Source of the DNA: Fistulifera solaris
Taxonomy: Eukaryota
Length of the DNA: 64,000 nt
Assembly: GCA_030295235.1 (NCBI GenBank)
Contig: AP026149.1
Span: 620,001-684,000 of the forward strand
Direction of reading: 5' to 3'
Part shown: piece after piece, positions 11,653 to 22,990 of the stretch
How the letters are laid out: each line of letters starts with the position of its first letter
Numbering within the stretch: the stretch's first letter is position 1
Notes under the pieces: generated by a model
The model's input: only the letters and a program-made list of their open reading frames with translations
The model's database searches: none
What the model was told of the DNA's origin: nothing
Position numbers and translations under genes: made by a program

Positions 11653-13567
11653 ATGACAATATCATTGATACGGCACGTTTGTCGAAGAGCGTTTGTGAGA
11701 CCGCCCATCCGGTCACTTTCATCGGTACCATTGCGGCCTCCTGAGGAGCCCCAGCTTCCCATTCAACTCAGTCAACAGGATGTTCAGAAGGAAGAAAGCA
11801 ATCGCCAGAGACTGCGGGATGTGAGTATCGCGATGATGTTTTTCTCTGTCTTTTGGATCACTTCGTCTGAAAACTTTTCTTTTTGTAAACAGGTTAAAAT
11901 AGCAGATGTTTTAAAAGCAAAGCACTCGTACCGTTGGGTGCATCCGGTGATTCCACAGGATGCACCCGTACAGCAAGCCATTGAAACAGCCATTGAAGGC
12001 GGTCTGAGTGCTATGATGGTTCTTCAAGAGGATAAGCAACATGTGGTGGGTCTTATCACGTCTCGTGATTTGCTTCGTATCCTAGCTAGTGGATTTAAGG
12101 AAGGACGAGATCCAGCCGATCTGTTAGCTTCACCGGTCGTAGATTACATGACACCGATCTCGCAAGTGATTTACGCTCGTCCGGATGAAACAGTAGGAAT
12201 GTGCCGAACTCTCATGGCCAAATTGGGCATAAAGTGCTTACCGATTTTGAGTAGTAAAGGTCAAGTCGAAGGGTTGATTACAGCACGAGATATGAGTGAT
12301 TACGGATTGAGTGCCAAGGAAAAAGGGGGAAAAGAAGCTTACCTAAAAGACGTCAGCGAACGCGTCGGGCTGAGCAGCAACACGAGTATGGCAGAACCAC
12401 CGGCGTTTATGAGAGCCCACTTGGGCATGGAACGGTCACCACTCTTTGTCAACATTGGTTCTGCCACACTGCCACATCCATTCAAGGGTGGAAAAGGAGG
12501 TAAGGCATAAAATTATTTCGGTTGCTCCCTGTGATATCATAAATCGATTTTTCTAATAAATATGCTCTGTCGTAGACCTTTGCAATGATCCAGATTTGTC
12601 AGAAGATGCTAGCTTTGTTACGACAGTACGTTTGGCGGATTCCAAGGAAAAGACTCTGCAACGCTTTACGTATTTTGGTGTCGCCGATGGTGTGGGTAGT
12701 TGGAGAGAATACGGTGTCGATCCTCGACTATTTTCACGTCGGCTTATGATGGAGTGTTCGAACATTTTAGAAGAAGCTTGTCAGAATGGCCGTGAAGAAG
12801 CGCTTCAGTTTCGACAGGTGGTGTCTCCGGCTACGGTTATGGCACAAGCATATGATCGTGTCAAGGCGGATAATATAATTGGATCAAGTACTGCGTGCAT
12901 CGCATTGTTTGATAGCTTGAGGCACCAGCTCCATTTCAGTAATTTGGGTGACTGCGGAATAATTGTGCTTCGACATATCGACTCAGACGTAGCCGGAAGT
13001 TTAAAGAGGGACAAGACTCCACGCGCTGAGCGGACTTCTGACCTGCGAGTCGCCTTTGTCAGTCAACAGCAGCTGAAATCGTTCAACCATCCTTATCAAT
13101 TGGGCTGGACTGGAGAGGCACTGAAGGAAGGCGAGTCGAGTTCCTTTAAGATGCCCAATGAATCTTGCACATCCTCCATTCACTTACGCCGGGGTGATAT
13201 TATAATCATGGCAACAGATGGATTATTCGATAATGTTGAAATAGATGATATTTGCAGGATGGCATTGGAATGGGAGCAAAAACATGGATTCATGCGTGGT
13301 GGTGATATTGCGGCCCGTGAGCGACGTTGGAGTATGGGCAATTCACTGGCTCACATTTCCCATGACACAGTACAAGAGCTAGCCGATGCCCTCTGCACGA
13401 GAGCACGTGAGAATTCTCTCCTCAAGCATGTGGATAGTCCCTTTGCCATTTTGGCCAAGGAAAATGATATAATGTGGAGTGGAGGGATGCCCGACGATTG
13501 TGCAGTTCATGTTGTACATGTCGTCGGTCGTGATCCGAATGATATTATGGACGCACCGAACAAATAA
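11653..13567 (+). CDS. CBS-pair + PP2C (PTC7-like) protein phosphatase, likely mitochondrial
   Basis: CBS pair (VGLITSRDLLR, DYMTP, EGLITARD); PTC7-type GVADGVGSW, GSSTAC, NLGDCG, QQLKSFNHPYQL, ATDGLFDN, GGMPDD; introns 11821-11892 and 12500-12575 join both parts in frame. Confidence 0.88.
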
Positions 13568-13861
13568 CAAAACCGCGACATTCCTGTAGCGATCTAGCCT
13601 TCATTTTTGTTCAACTTCTATGATAGTCTCTTTACGCTTTAACTCTCGGATTGACGTGCTATCTCTTGCAGTCTATTCAATCAATAGAATGCATTGTAAT
13701 CATCAATGCTTTGTGTCTTCTAGGTGTGCTATCTCTTCAAGTCTATGCAATAACATGCAGATACGAGATGCGAATGTCCTTGCATTGTACTTTGTTAACT
13801 AGAGGATGATCAACATTTAATTTCTAATCTTACGCTTCTCCATAGCTAACAAGACTGGTGT

Positions 13862-15172
13862 CTACCAGAACCCACCCTTGCTTTCTCCTTTCTTTTCCCG
13901 CAGAGCTCGTAACTCTTCCAGCAGTTTTTCTTCTTCCTTGCTCAAGTCCTTGGGTAACTCGACTTCCATGGTGACATAATGATCTCCTCGTACTTCAGGG
14001 TTGCCCAACCGGGGAGCGCCGTTGCCCTTCAAGCGCATAACTTGACCCGGTTGTGTTCCTGCTGGCACTTTAATCGTGACTTCACCATCAACGACGGGGC
14101 ATTTGATGGATGCTCCGAGAATGGCATCAAGATAGCTGATCTTGGCTTCGGAATAAATCTCGGGACCTTCGCGACGGAACACCGGATCATCCTTGACTTT
14201 TAGAAAAATGTAGAGGTCACCCGCGGGGCCGCCATTCGGTCCCGCATCTCCTTCGCCCCGTACACGTAATTTGTTGCCATTTTCGACACCCGGAGGGACC
14301 GTGACCTTGATTTGTTTGGTCTTTTGGTTCAACCCTTGCCCTCCGCAAGTACCACAGTATTCTTCCACGCGCTGCCCGGTTCCCCGGCAGGTTGGACAAG
14401 TTTGCTGAGTTTGAAAATTACCCAGCGGGGTACGTGTCACTTGCATAGTGACTCCAGAACCGTTGCATGTGTTGCAAGTACTGATTTTGGCACCCGGCTT
14501 GACACCATTTCCTCCGCACGTGTCGCACGTTTCCAAGTGTCGGATTCGCACTTTCTCTTCTCCACCGAATACAGCTGTCTTAAAGTCGATCTCGAGATCA
14601 AAACGCAAGTCGTCTCCGATCACGGGTCCTCGTTGACGAGCTGTACGGCGTCCTCCTCCAAAGCCAGACGAACCACCGCCACCAAAGAAGGAATCAAAAA
14701 TGTCACCCAGATCCACTTCTTGACTGAAACCTCCTCCACCAAAAGGAGATCCAGCCGTCGAGTCCGAGGCCGCAGAAGTACCAATTCCTTGTTCTCCAAA
14801 CATATCATATTTCTGCTTGAGACTGGGATCCGTCAAAACTTCATACGCTCGATTGATTTCTTGAAACTTTTCCGTAGTGTCTTGACCCGGATTGGCGTCC
14901 GGATGGTATTGTTTCGCGAGTTTACGGTAGGCTTGTTTGATTTGTGCAGCATCCGCATTCCGACTGACTCCCAAAATAGCATAAAAATCTCGATTATTTG
15001 TTGAGTTGCGATTGCGTGTGGAAAACAAACGAGTCGTCGTAGTAGAACTTTTCACATCATGGGTGTACGGTTCGTGCGGAAAGACGCCTTTTCTCTGATG
15101 CAAAGGCGTAACGAAAGCGTCACAAGCTATACTACTTGTCAGTAGAATCGTCAATGCAAATTTGGTGAACAT
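13862..15172 (-). CDS. dnaJ: Type I DnaJ chaperone, plastid-targeted
   Basis: J domain with HPD, G/F region, four CxxCxGxG repeats, C-terminal domain; signal peptide ending CDA-F. Confidence 0.95.
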   Translation of the reverse strand: MFTKFALTILLTSSIACDAFVTPLHQRKGVFPHEPYTHDVKSSTTTTRLFSTRNRNSTNNRDFYAILGVSRNADAAQIKQAYRKLAKQYHPDANPGQDTTEKFQEINRAYEVLTDPSLKQKYDMFGEQGIGTSAASDSTAGSPFGGGGFSQEVDLGDIFDSFFGGGGSSGFGGGRRTARQRGPVIGDDLRFDLEIDFKTAVFGGEEKVRIRHLETCDTCGGNGVKPGAKISTCNTCNGSGVTMQVTRTPLGNFQTQQTCPTCRGTGQRVEEYCGTCGGQGLNQKTKQIKVTVPPGVENGNKLRVRGEGDAGPNGGPAGDLYIFLKVKDDPVFRREGPEIYSEAKISYLDAILGASIKCPVVDGEVTIKVPAGTQPGQVMRLKGNGAPRLGNPEVRGDHYVTMEVELPKDLSKEEEKLLEELRALREKKGESKGGFW

Positions 15173-15584
15173 TCTTCTTCTTAATATAGCAACCAAACGA
15201 AGGAGATGGGATCGATGATGAGCGAGAACGAGAAAGAATGCAGAAAGTTAAGGACGACGACGACGATGATGATGCGAGAGAGAGCGATGTTTGCATGGTC
15301 GAGAGGAAAGAAATTCGGCTCGCAGAATATCGGTACTGATTAATTGTATACGACGCATGGCGCACCCGGCGAGCCGGCGTGCTGGTGGAAGGACGCGTGG
15401 AAGTTATACGTCAGCCCCCTAGGAAGTCACGAATGGTGGTGACTGGTGACTCGGTCGTGCAATGAACTACGTTCATGCAAGAATATTAAAGGGCTACTTT
15501 TGGGCGACTACTTAGATACAATGATTTTTACTCTAAACGTAAGTGCTATCAATACTTGTTAATGTATTTGGGTTGACGCATTTT

Positions 15585-16884
15585 TCAATCTTCCTGCGCC
15601 AGGATATCATCAATGGCTTCCGGAAGTCGCGTCAGAAACGAGATTTTGGCGTTCACAAACTCCCTGGCGGCTTCATTCATGACAAAACGCTTTTTCAATT
15701 CTTCCTTGGTAGTTACTGACCAGGAAGGTTGCTCTTTCGTATCATCGAATCGGTGTCGTGCCGTTTGGCCGTACTTGTCTGCCAACTCTACCAGAATGGT
15801 TTTCGCACCACACGAAGCCGCACCGCCGACATCATAAGCCAAATCATCTCCTACATGAATCCATACTTTGTTCGGATCTTCATCGGCACCCTTCTTTAAG
15901 GCAGCATTCGCCGAAGCCAATTCCTGGTATTTGTCCAAGGCTGCTTTGTAAATCCATTTCAGTTCAGCATTACCCTCAACATTGGCCAATTCTTTGAAAA
16001 ATTTACGTCGGGCCCCTTGATCATCCTCCCAAGATACGCAAAAATCAAAATGCTTGGCCAAGGTAAATGTCATAAAGGCAGGATTCGCTTTGCCATCGGT
16101 CACGGCACCAATAATGACACCCGGGTGTTCCTTTTTAATTTGACTCAATACTTCCATCACCTCCTGGTACAGATGACGTTCAGCCGCATGATGACGTTCC
16201 ATTTCCCAAGCATTCATGACGGCCTGTACGATGGAAGGAGAGACCGCTTCACTGGCCCATCTGCAAAAAATCGAAGAAAGAGTGAGAGGAAGCGCGCAGC
16301 GGTATTTCAATAACACAAAACGATGAAAAAAACTCAGAACTACTTTTCACAGGTTTCAGTTGACACACATACGATTGACTCACTTTTTCGCATGGCTCAC
16401 TACTACGGGAGAGAGCGACGAAACGGGCGTCGCCCAATCATCCGCCGTATCTTTCAATTTCTTGTGAAAAATAACATTCTCCATTTCCCTACGAATTGCT
16501 AATATTCGAATTTCCGTATGACTGAGAGCGGCCGCTGCTTCGGGATTCTCTGCCGTCATTTCCTCGCGTATCTTTTTGGATGTCTCAACAATATCTTGTG
16601 GTTGAATGCCCGTGAAACCATAATTATTCATTGCTCGAGCAAATGCGGTGTTGGCTTCTTGAATGACGGTATCAATCGGATATAAAGTATCGTCTAAATC
16701 AAATGTCAGAAGACCGAGTGTTTTGGTTTTGGGTGTCGACGTGCTACTGGCTTTGGTTTCCGACGAACTGGTGGAGGCCTTCCATAAGGGGAGACGATGC
16801 GACTCTCACGCGTCCGGTGGTTCCCGGTGTTTGAAATCCTTCCACGGCGACTAGTAAAGCGAGTACTACGGATAGTCTCGTCAT
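15585..16884 (-). CDS. HAD-superfamily hydrolase, probably plastid-targeted
   Basis: FDLDDTLYP (motif I), VTDG, WIHVGDDLAYDVGGA; presequence VEG-F; intron 16261-16383; frameshift near 16790. Confidence 0.85.
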
Positions 16885-17979
16885 CGTTATTGAGTTGAGT
16901 TAAAGCTCTCGTGGAAATGCAATGATAATAAGAGGTAGGTTTGTGTCAACAAGAAACATTCGTTTGGCTTGATGTTGACAGTGATGTCGTTTTTTTTCTC
17001 TCATCAGTGCCGCAAAGATAAGGACTTCGGGTCTGTGACGTCTGGTGTCGAAGGAACGGACGAATGATGGGCGGGAAATTGCGATATCACCAACTACAAT
17101 AAGGTTTCGGTAAAAAGGATGGTGAAAGGTCGCCTTCATTATTTTGGGTCTATACAAAGTACCAGGTACGGCAATCTGGCAAGCAACGGTTCCAGCTGTG
17201 TCTTGCAAATGCCATTCAGGGTAGGTCTAGTTGATGACGATTGTCGCTTATTCTAGAACGGTAAATTTATTAGTTAAGTGTTGATGATGATATTTGGTTA
17301 AGCCAAAGCCGAAAACTGAAAAGGTCGAAATTACACAAACCCCGAGTACGGTACCGGTACCGGTACCCTTCTCTGTCGATCCATTTCCCTACCAGGCCAA
17401 CGTGAGATATACGTAGACATTCGAGGCGTGGCATTTTTTCCCTCATTTCTACCTTTTGAAGAGTTGAGTAAGATGTTTCTCACTGTTCTAGTAACTAACT
17501 TGTTAAGGTTTGTGAAAGGGAAGGCGACACTGATGCAAAGGTGGGTGGAAAATTCGAGAGGTCAAAGTGTACAATGTTCGAGTACTGCTGCATTTGATAA
17601 AATTCCTACGGCGGCTACGAGTAAATCACGTAGACATTCAAAGCGTTAAATCTTTCATCCAAATAACGTTTTGATAGTGCATTTATGGCGCTTATCGTCT
17701 ATTGTAACGGTGCTTTTATGTTGGTGATTGTTGTAAAATGGTATTGGTGCAAAATACCGAAATTGACAAGGTCGAAAACACACCAACCATTCTCCGTGAC
17801 TGCCTTGGAGTCGTGGAATCATTGCCAAGCGTTCACTTACAGCATATAGTAAAATTTAAAAGACGAAAACAACGTTTCAGCTTTTTCATGAAACGACATC
17901 AATAACACGCTCTAACTATCCCTCATGATCTTTTCATTTCTCATCAGGTTAGCTTGCGCCTTTTTGCTGACAGATTTCA

Positions 17980-18699
17980 ATGGCATTATCTACTGTGAGC
18001 GCTGGCTTGACATCATCGGTAGCTGCGGTCACTTCGACGACGCTACCAGACATCGCTCGACGTGTCACTCCACCAACGGCAATGCCGATTATTGCTTTAC
18101 TGATAAACGTTCGTGGTGGCTCCATTATTTCGACAAGTACAAGTAAGAAGAATACTGTGCCTTCAACAATATCTCCGAGTACACTTCGACAATTGTTGTT
18201 TCGCATTCCGGCTCCAATCCGTTACTTTATCAGCGGAAGCTGTGCGAATGTTGTCTTTTACTTTCTGGAACGGCTTCTTCATCGTGCTTTGTACCATTTC
18301 CATTTCTCTAAACAAGAGTTATTGGGAGGTTGGACAGAAATGATGTTGCCGTCTTGGGTGAATTCGGCCACCTTCTTTTCGGCGTACATGTTACAAGTTC
18401 CGATTCAACACTATTTGCACGCTTTACTCGTCTACGGACTGGAGTCGATCAATACGCCGGCAAAGTATTACAGAACGCTGGGTGGGATGTTTTCGACGCT
18501 GGCGGTGGCGGCATTCGGTTCGACGGCGTTGAATGCATTTCTGTTGAATACAACTCAACTCAGCAAAACTGCGGCCTTCGTTGTGACCTTGTTTGCTTTT
18601 TCCATCATCAACTATTTTGTCATTGGTTGGATTGTTAGTGCATCAAATAAGAGCAGCACAGTAGAGGTTGAAATCAGCAACCAGAAAAAGGTCGTCTGA
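17980..18699 (+). CDS. Small multi-TM membrane protein, possibly GtrA-like
   Basis: Intact 239-aa ORF; IRYFISGSCANVVFY start of about four hydrophobic helices ending IINYFVI. Confidence 0.55.
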   Translation: MALSTVSAGLTSSVAAVTSTTLPDIARRVTPPTAMPIIALLINVRGGSIISTSTSKKNTVPSTISPSTLRQLLFRIPAPIRYFISGSCANVVFYFLERLLHRALYHFHFSKQELLGGWTEMMLPSWVNSATFFSAYMLQVPIQHYLHALLVYGLESINTPAKYYRTLGGMFSTLAVAAFGSTALNAFLLNTTQLSKTAAFVVTLFAFSIINYFVIGWIVSASNKSSTVEVEISNQKKVV

Positions 18700-19413
18700 G
18701 GACAGTACGTCATTCAAATTACCTATTGTTCGAAGAACAGAGGACTAGATTGGATTCTTCTCTCGTGCTATATATGTTAAACGCAAGTGTGAATTGTTGG
18801 CTAACTAAATTAAAGTGTTGACGAGCAACACAACGATCACAACTTCTTTGAGTTGGTAGCGTTTTGAATTAGATTCTAATTCTATCTTCGATTCGTCGCA
18901 TTGGAAATCAAGCGTATCAAGAAGAATCGTGCTGTCCAAATTGAGCTAAATTCAACCAAGAACGACAGTTTCTGCAAGTTCCTTAAGGGCAATGGTTGAT
19001 TTTACGTTAGTGAGACATAACCGCCCAGTCTATGTCTTGAGAAAAATTGTCTTGTCGTTATAGTCGACAAAAGTGCTGAGCAAGCCTCACACCGATAGGC
19101 ACCCGTGCGAACGAGCCAGTAACGAGAGACAAACCTATTTCCACCTAACAATGCAATTTGAAAATTCGCAATTCTTCGCATTGTGTCGCCAATGCGATGA
19201 CATACTCAGCTGGACATCCATACACCACCAATGCTTGCGCGTTGCTTTTCTATCTGAAATATTTGGACGTTGAACGCTAGCTCTTGTTATCATTTGCTGA
19301 CCAGTCCAAGTATTCTATCGTGTCGTGCTGTCTGATAGTCCCTTTTAGTAGACCGACACCGTCACAACAAATCATTCAACATCAAGAATGTAGCGGACTA
19401 TGCATATCACTAG

Positions 19414-20844
19414 TCATCTCACCGCGCCCTCATTCTGGAACCAATCCAACACGGCTGACCCATTGTCGCCCCACATTTTCTTCAGCTCGGCTGCCATGAG
19501 TACTGGTTCTTGTATCAAATAAACATTATCGACGAGTGTCGATACATTCGGATGCAAAAGAAACCAATTTGGCGCTTTCTCAAAGTCAGGTTCCCGAATG
19601 TAACCAGTACCAAAGGTCGCGAGTGCGGGTACTACACTGAATGTACTAATGGGTGATACGATTTGCTGCGCCAGGATCATTCGAGCAAACGTCAAGGCAA
19701 TCGTTTCCTTTGCATCATTCCGTATGCTGACACGAGCTTGGGGAAAGCGCTCTTCCAGATGATGCACAAATTGTGTGACAACGAGCCGACATCGATCCGT
19801 GTGCAAATCCGTTTGTTCCAAGGGCCGCATTTGTGCATCTTGGGTATCAAAGGGTTGTGTAACAATTCCTATAGATCGTGCTTCGGACGAAACATGCTGC
19901 GAAAAGGAATGAAACGAAATGAAACCGAAACTTTTGTGATCGGAGTTGATAAGGTCACCGCAACGAAAGTGTAAAACAACATCATCCAACTCGATATGTG
20001 GATACAATGGCTTTGCGAAATGGACGGGCAATTGCATCACAGATCCATCCGGTGGTGCGTTGTAGTAGAAGGAAGAATTGATATCGTCCATTGTCACAAC
20101 ATCCTCACCGAGCAAAGCCAACGCCATGCGTCTCATGTCATAGCGCATCGCCGGTATTTTGTATCCCAGTGCAATTTGATTGAAATGAGTACACGCTTCT
20201 TGGATGGTCGGTTGTTGACGATCTTGTAGCGGCACGACATGTTCGATGGCCGGAAAGAATCATGTCAACCACGGCAAGACGAGAGCGGTTTGTGTTTCTT
20301 CCGCGTCCGGACATTGCCAGGAAATCTCGATATTCCCCACCGCATGCGCAATCATTCGGAGTGCATAAAAGGCGAGAATGAAATTGCCGGTCCCCATACC
20401 ACTGTAATCAAACAAGTCTTGACAACGGAATGTGACATTGACGAGTATGTTTTGGGTTCGAGAGTCTTCGTTCATCCATTCTTGAGGCAAGACATGCTTA
20501 CAAAACTGTCCTTTCATGAGTGTATGCGCCAGTTTCAGCATATCTTCGTTGCCATGAAACGAAATGATTTGATAATAATGATTTTCAGCGTCATACGATG
20601 TTTTCGTCGTCGTCGTTTCATTCGGAAGAATGACATAGGCTGTTTCTGGAAAATAAGGAAGAGTACCAAGCGAAAACGATGAAGTGCTGTGAATTGTTTC
20701 ATCACTTGTCAAGACAGAGTCGGTGGAATTGCGAGTATCCGTCGAATCCGGAAGATGAAGGATCAGCGGCACGGAAGTAGTTCTCGACCAAAAGACCGTT
20801 AGGATCACCACAATGGCAGCCGCTGTCACAAAAAGTACTCTCAT
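19414..20844 (-). CDS. Type II membrane protein with a GT11/fucosyltransferase-like H-x-R-x-G-D motif; one in-frame TGA
   Basis: N-terminal TM anchor; SGMGTGN and DDVVLHFRCGD motifs; ORFs 20260-20844 and 19414-20235 share a frame, interrupted only by TGA at 20260-20262. Confidence 0.65.
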
Positions 20845-21445
20845 GATCTAAAAACGAAGAGTGTTGTCTTTGAAGTTCATCGAGCAGGTTAAAAACAGAG
20901 AAAAAAAGGCAACAATAATAATTAATTACTACGTAATAAGCAGAATGAACGAACGAAAGAAGATGGTCCTGTTACTCCGTATTTAATTTTGTTTTCCGGT
21001 CATCTTCGAACAGCCGTCATGATACCTCGTGACTGAAAACCAATCGGTTCACCGCCGTGTACACTCACCTACTATAGTAGATGGTGGTGGAGGTGACTCT
21101 TGACATCCACTGGATGTCGGAGCGCAACAGAAAGCATTTATTCATTCGTTGAGGAGGAGTCAGTCGTCCGCGAAGGACACAATACTACGTACTTGTAGAA
21201 AAGCGAACACTTTTCCGAAGGACGAACAGGAATGAGAACTCGTCGCTCTTTTCTTTTTTTCGTTGCCAATAACGAAAAGGAAGAGCGGGTCGTTTTTTCG
21301 AATAGTAGTAAATCATCATCATGTCATCAATCCAGCAAAGTTCACAATGCAACCAAGCTAAAAAGAGAGTCACTGAAAAGCATTCAGTCAAACGAGCAGG
21401 TAAAAAATAAAAACATCACCAATCCTTACCATTTTCCCTGACACC

Positions 21446-22852
21446 ATGGTGTATTCCAACAGCGTCGAAGCAACACATCCACCGACATCATCTTCCACAA
21501 GTCCTTCTACCGAAGACGATGCACCCGTGGTGATTGTTGGTGCTGGTATTGTTGGGTTGGTTCTAGCACTCGCACTGCATAAACAGCTGGGTATTACACC
21601 CATAATCTACGAAAAATGTTCCCAATTTCAACCCATCGGTGCCGGTATGAGTGTCTATCCCAACGGATTGCGCGTATTGCGTGATCTCGGTCTTTTGAAA
21701 ACGGTACAAAACGCAAGTTATCCGTATACGACACGACAATGGGAACGACACGATGGATCGGTCATTATGACGGCACAAGAAGAAGTTCTCGGTCGGAATG
21801 AGGATGATACAACCCCGTTACGAACGGTGGGAATCAAACGCTGGAAGTTACAAATCATTCTGTTGAGTGCGGTGCAATCCAAAGGGATTCCTATTCATTT
21901 TGGTAAGGCCATACAGGAAGTTCGAGAAAACAAGAGTAGTAATGGAACTGTCAATGTCCAATTGAGTGATGGCACACAACGCGACGCTTCGCTCGTTTTG
22001 GCGGCCGATGGGACCAACTCCGTAGTACGAAAGTATGTTACAGAAATCGAGTCGCAAAACCATCCACTGAAACACGCTGGTACGACCACACTCATGGGAT
22101 TGGCATCCATTCCGCGAAACGATCGAATTTCCATTGTCACCAGCTTGACCAGCCAATGTCATGCCGTTTTCTTTCCCGTCTCTTCCACCGAACAATGCTT
22201 TCAATTCCATTTTCCAATGACGAAGGAGACCAGCGATTGTGATGAAAGTTGGGCTACCATGACGAAAACCGTCGAACAAGAGCAATGTCAGGAACTAGCA
22301 CAGCGTTTAACGAAAGATGGATGGGATGAACAGTATATTCGACCACTACGTTCGGTCTCGCAGGCGATTCAAATCAATTCGTGTTTGTTGGATCAAAAGC
22401 TGGAAAAGTGGGTGAGAGGGAATGTGGTATTGCTCGGAGATGCTGCACACCCTCCGGTGCCCTTTACTGGACAAGGTGCGCAGCAAGGCTTGGAAGATGC
22501 AGGGACACTGGCATTGTTGCTTCGAGCCTTGTGTTGCAGCACCCGGGGCAAATTGGACGTCCAGCATATGAGTCAGGCACTCAAACTCTACGAACAAATA
22601 CGAATCCCTCGTGTCAATGAGCTGCTGGATCTATCTCAGTTGACTGGTGATCAGCGAAGAAAGCGGTCACAGAGCGCGAGATATGCCGAAGTAAGAGAAG
22701 AAATTATTCAACGACAAGTGTTTTTTCATGAAACGAGTTCAAACATGCTGCCGGGCGCGACACATGATTACAGGAAAGCGATTGAGAAGGCTTTCAAAGC
22801 TTTGCCTCAGCGTATGCCTATTTTGATTGAAGACGATGAAGACGAAGAGTAA
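21446..22852 (+). CDS. FAD-dependent monooxygenase (salicylate hydroxylase/zeaxanthin epoxidase-like, group A)
   Basis: GAGIVG, ADGTNSVVR and LLGDAAH...GQGAQQGLEDA fingerprints. Confidence 0.92.
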   Translation: MVYSNSVEATHPPTSSSTSPSTEDDAPVVIVGAGIVGLVLALALHKQLGITPIIYEKCSQFQPIGAGMSVYPNGLRVLRDLGLLKTVQNASYPYTTRQWERHDGSVIMTAQEEVLGRNEDDTTPLRTVGIKRWKLQIILLSAVQSKGIPIHFGKAIQEVRENKSSNGTVNVQLSDGTQRDASLVLAADGTNSVVRKYVTEIESQNHPLKHAGTTTLMGLASIPRNDRISIVTSLTSQCHAVFFPVSSTEQCFQFHFPMTKETSDCDESWATMTKTVEQEQCQELAQRLTKDGWDEQYIRPLRSVSQAIQINSCLLDQKLEKWVRGNVVLLGDAAHPPVPFTGQGAQQGLEDAGTLALLLRALCCSTRGKLDVQHMSQALKLYEQIRIPRVNELLDLSQLTGDQRRKRSQSARYAEVREEIIQRQVFFHETSSNMLPGATHDYRKAIEKAFKALPQRMPILIEDDEDEE

Positions 22853-22990
22853 GTCGGTTCGAGGAATGAGAATTGGAAATGCAGAAGTTGTTTCTTTTTT
22901 GAAATAATTGTAAAGTTGGTTTGTTACTTAGTCTATGCGTCATTTATCCATTTCTATTTATTGCATCCTTCAATCAATCGTACATAGATT

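Noticed and set aside
14312..15004. 230-aa plus-strand ORF antisense to DnaJ (and similar antisense ORFs at 29769-30437, 47670-48314, 63159-63776)
   Set aside because: Shadow ORFs of well-supported genes, with no recognisable motifs
17231..17319. Box C/D snoRNA (TGATGA...CTGA)
   Set aside because: No terminal stem or recognisable rRNA guide, and the boxes are not kept in the repeat copy
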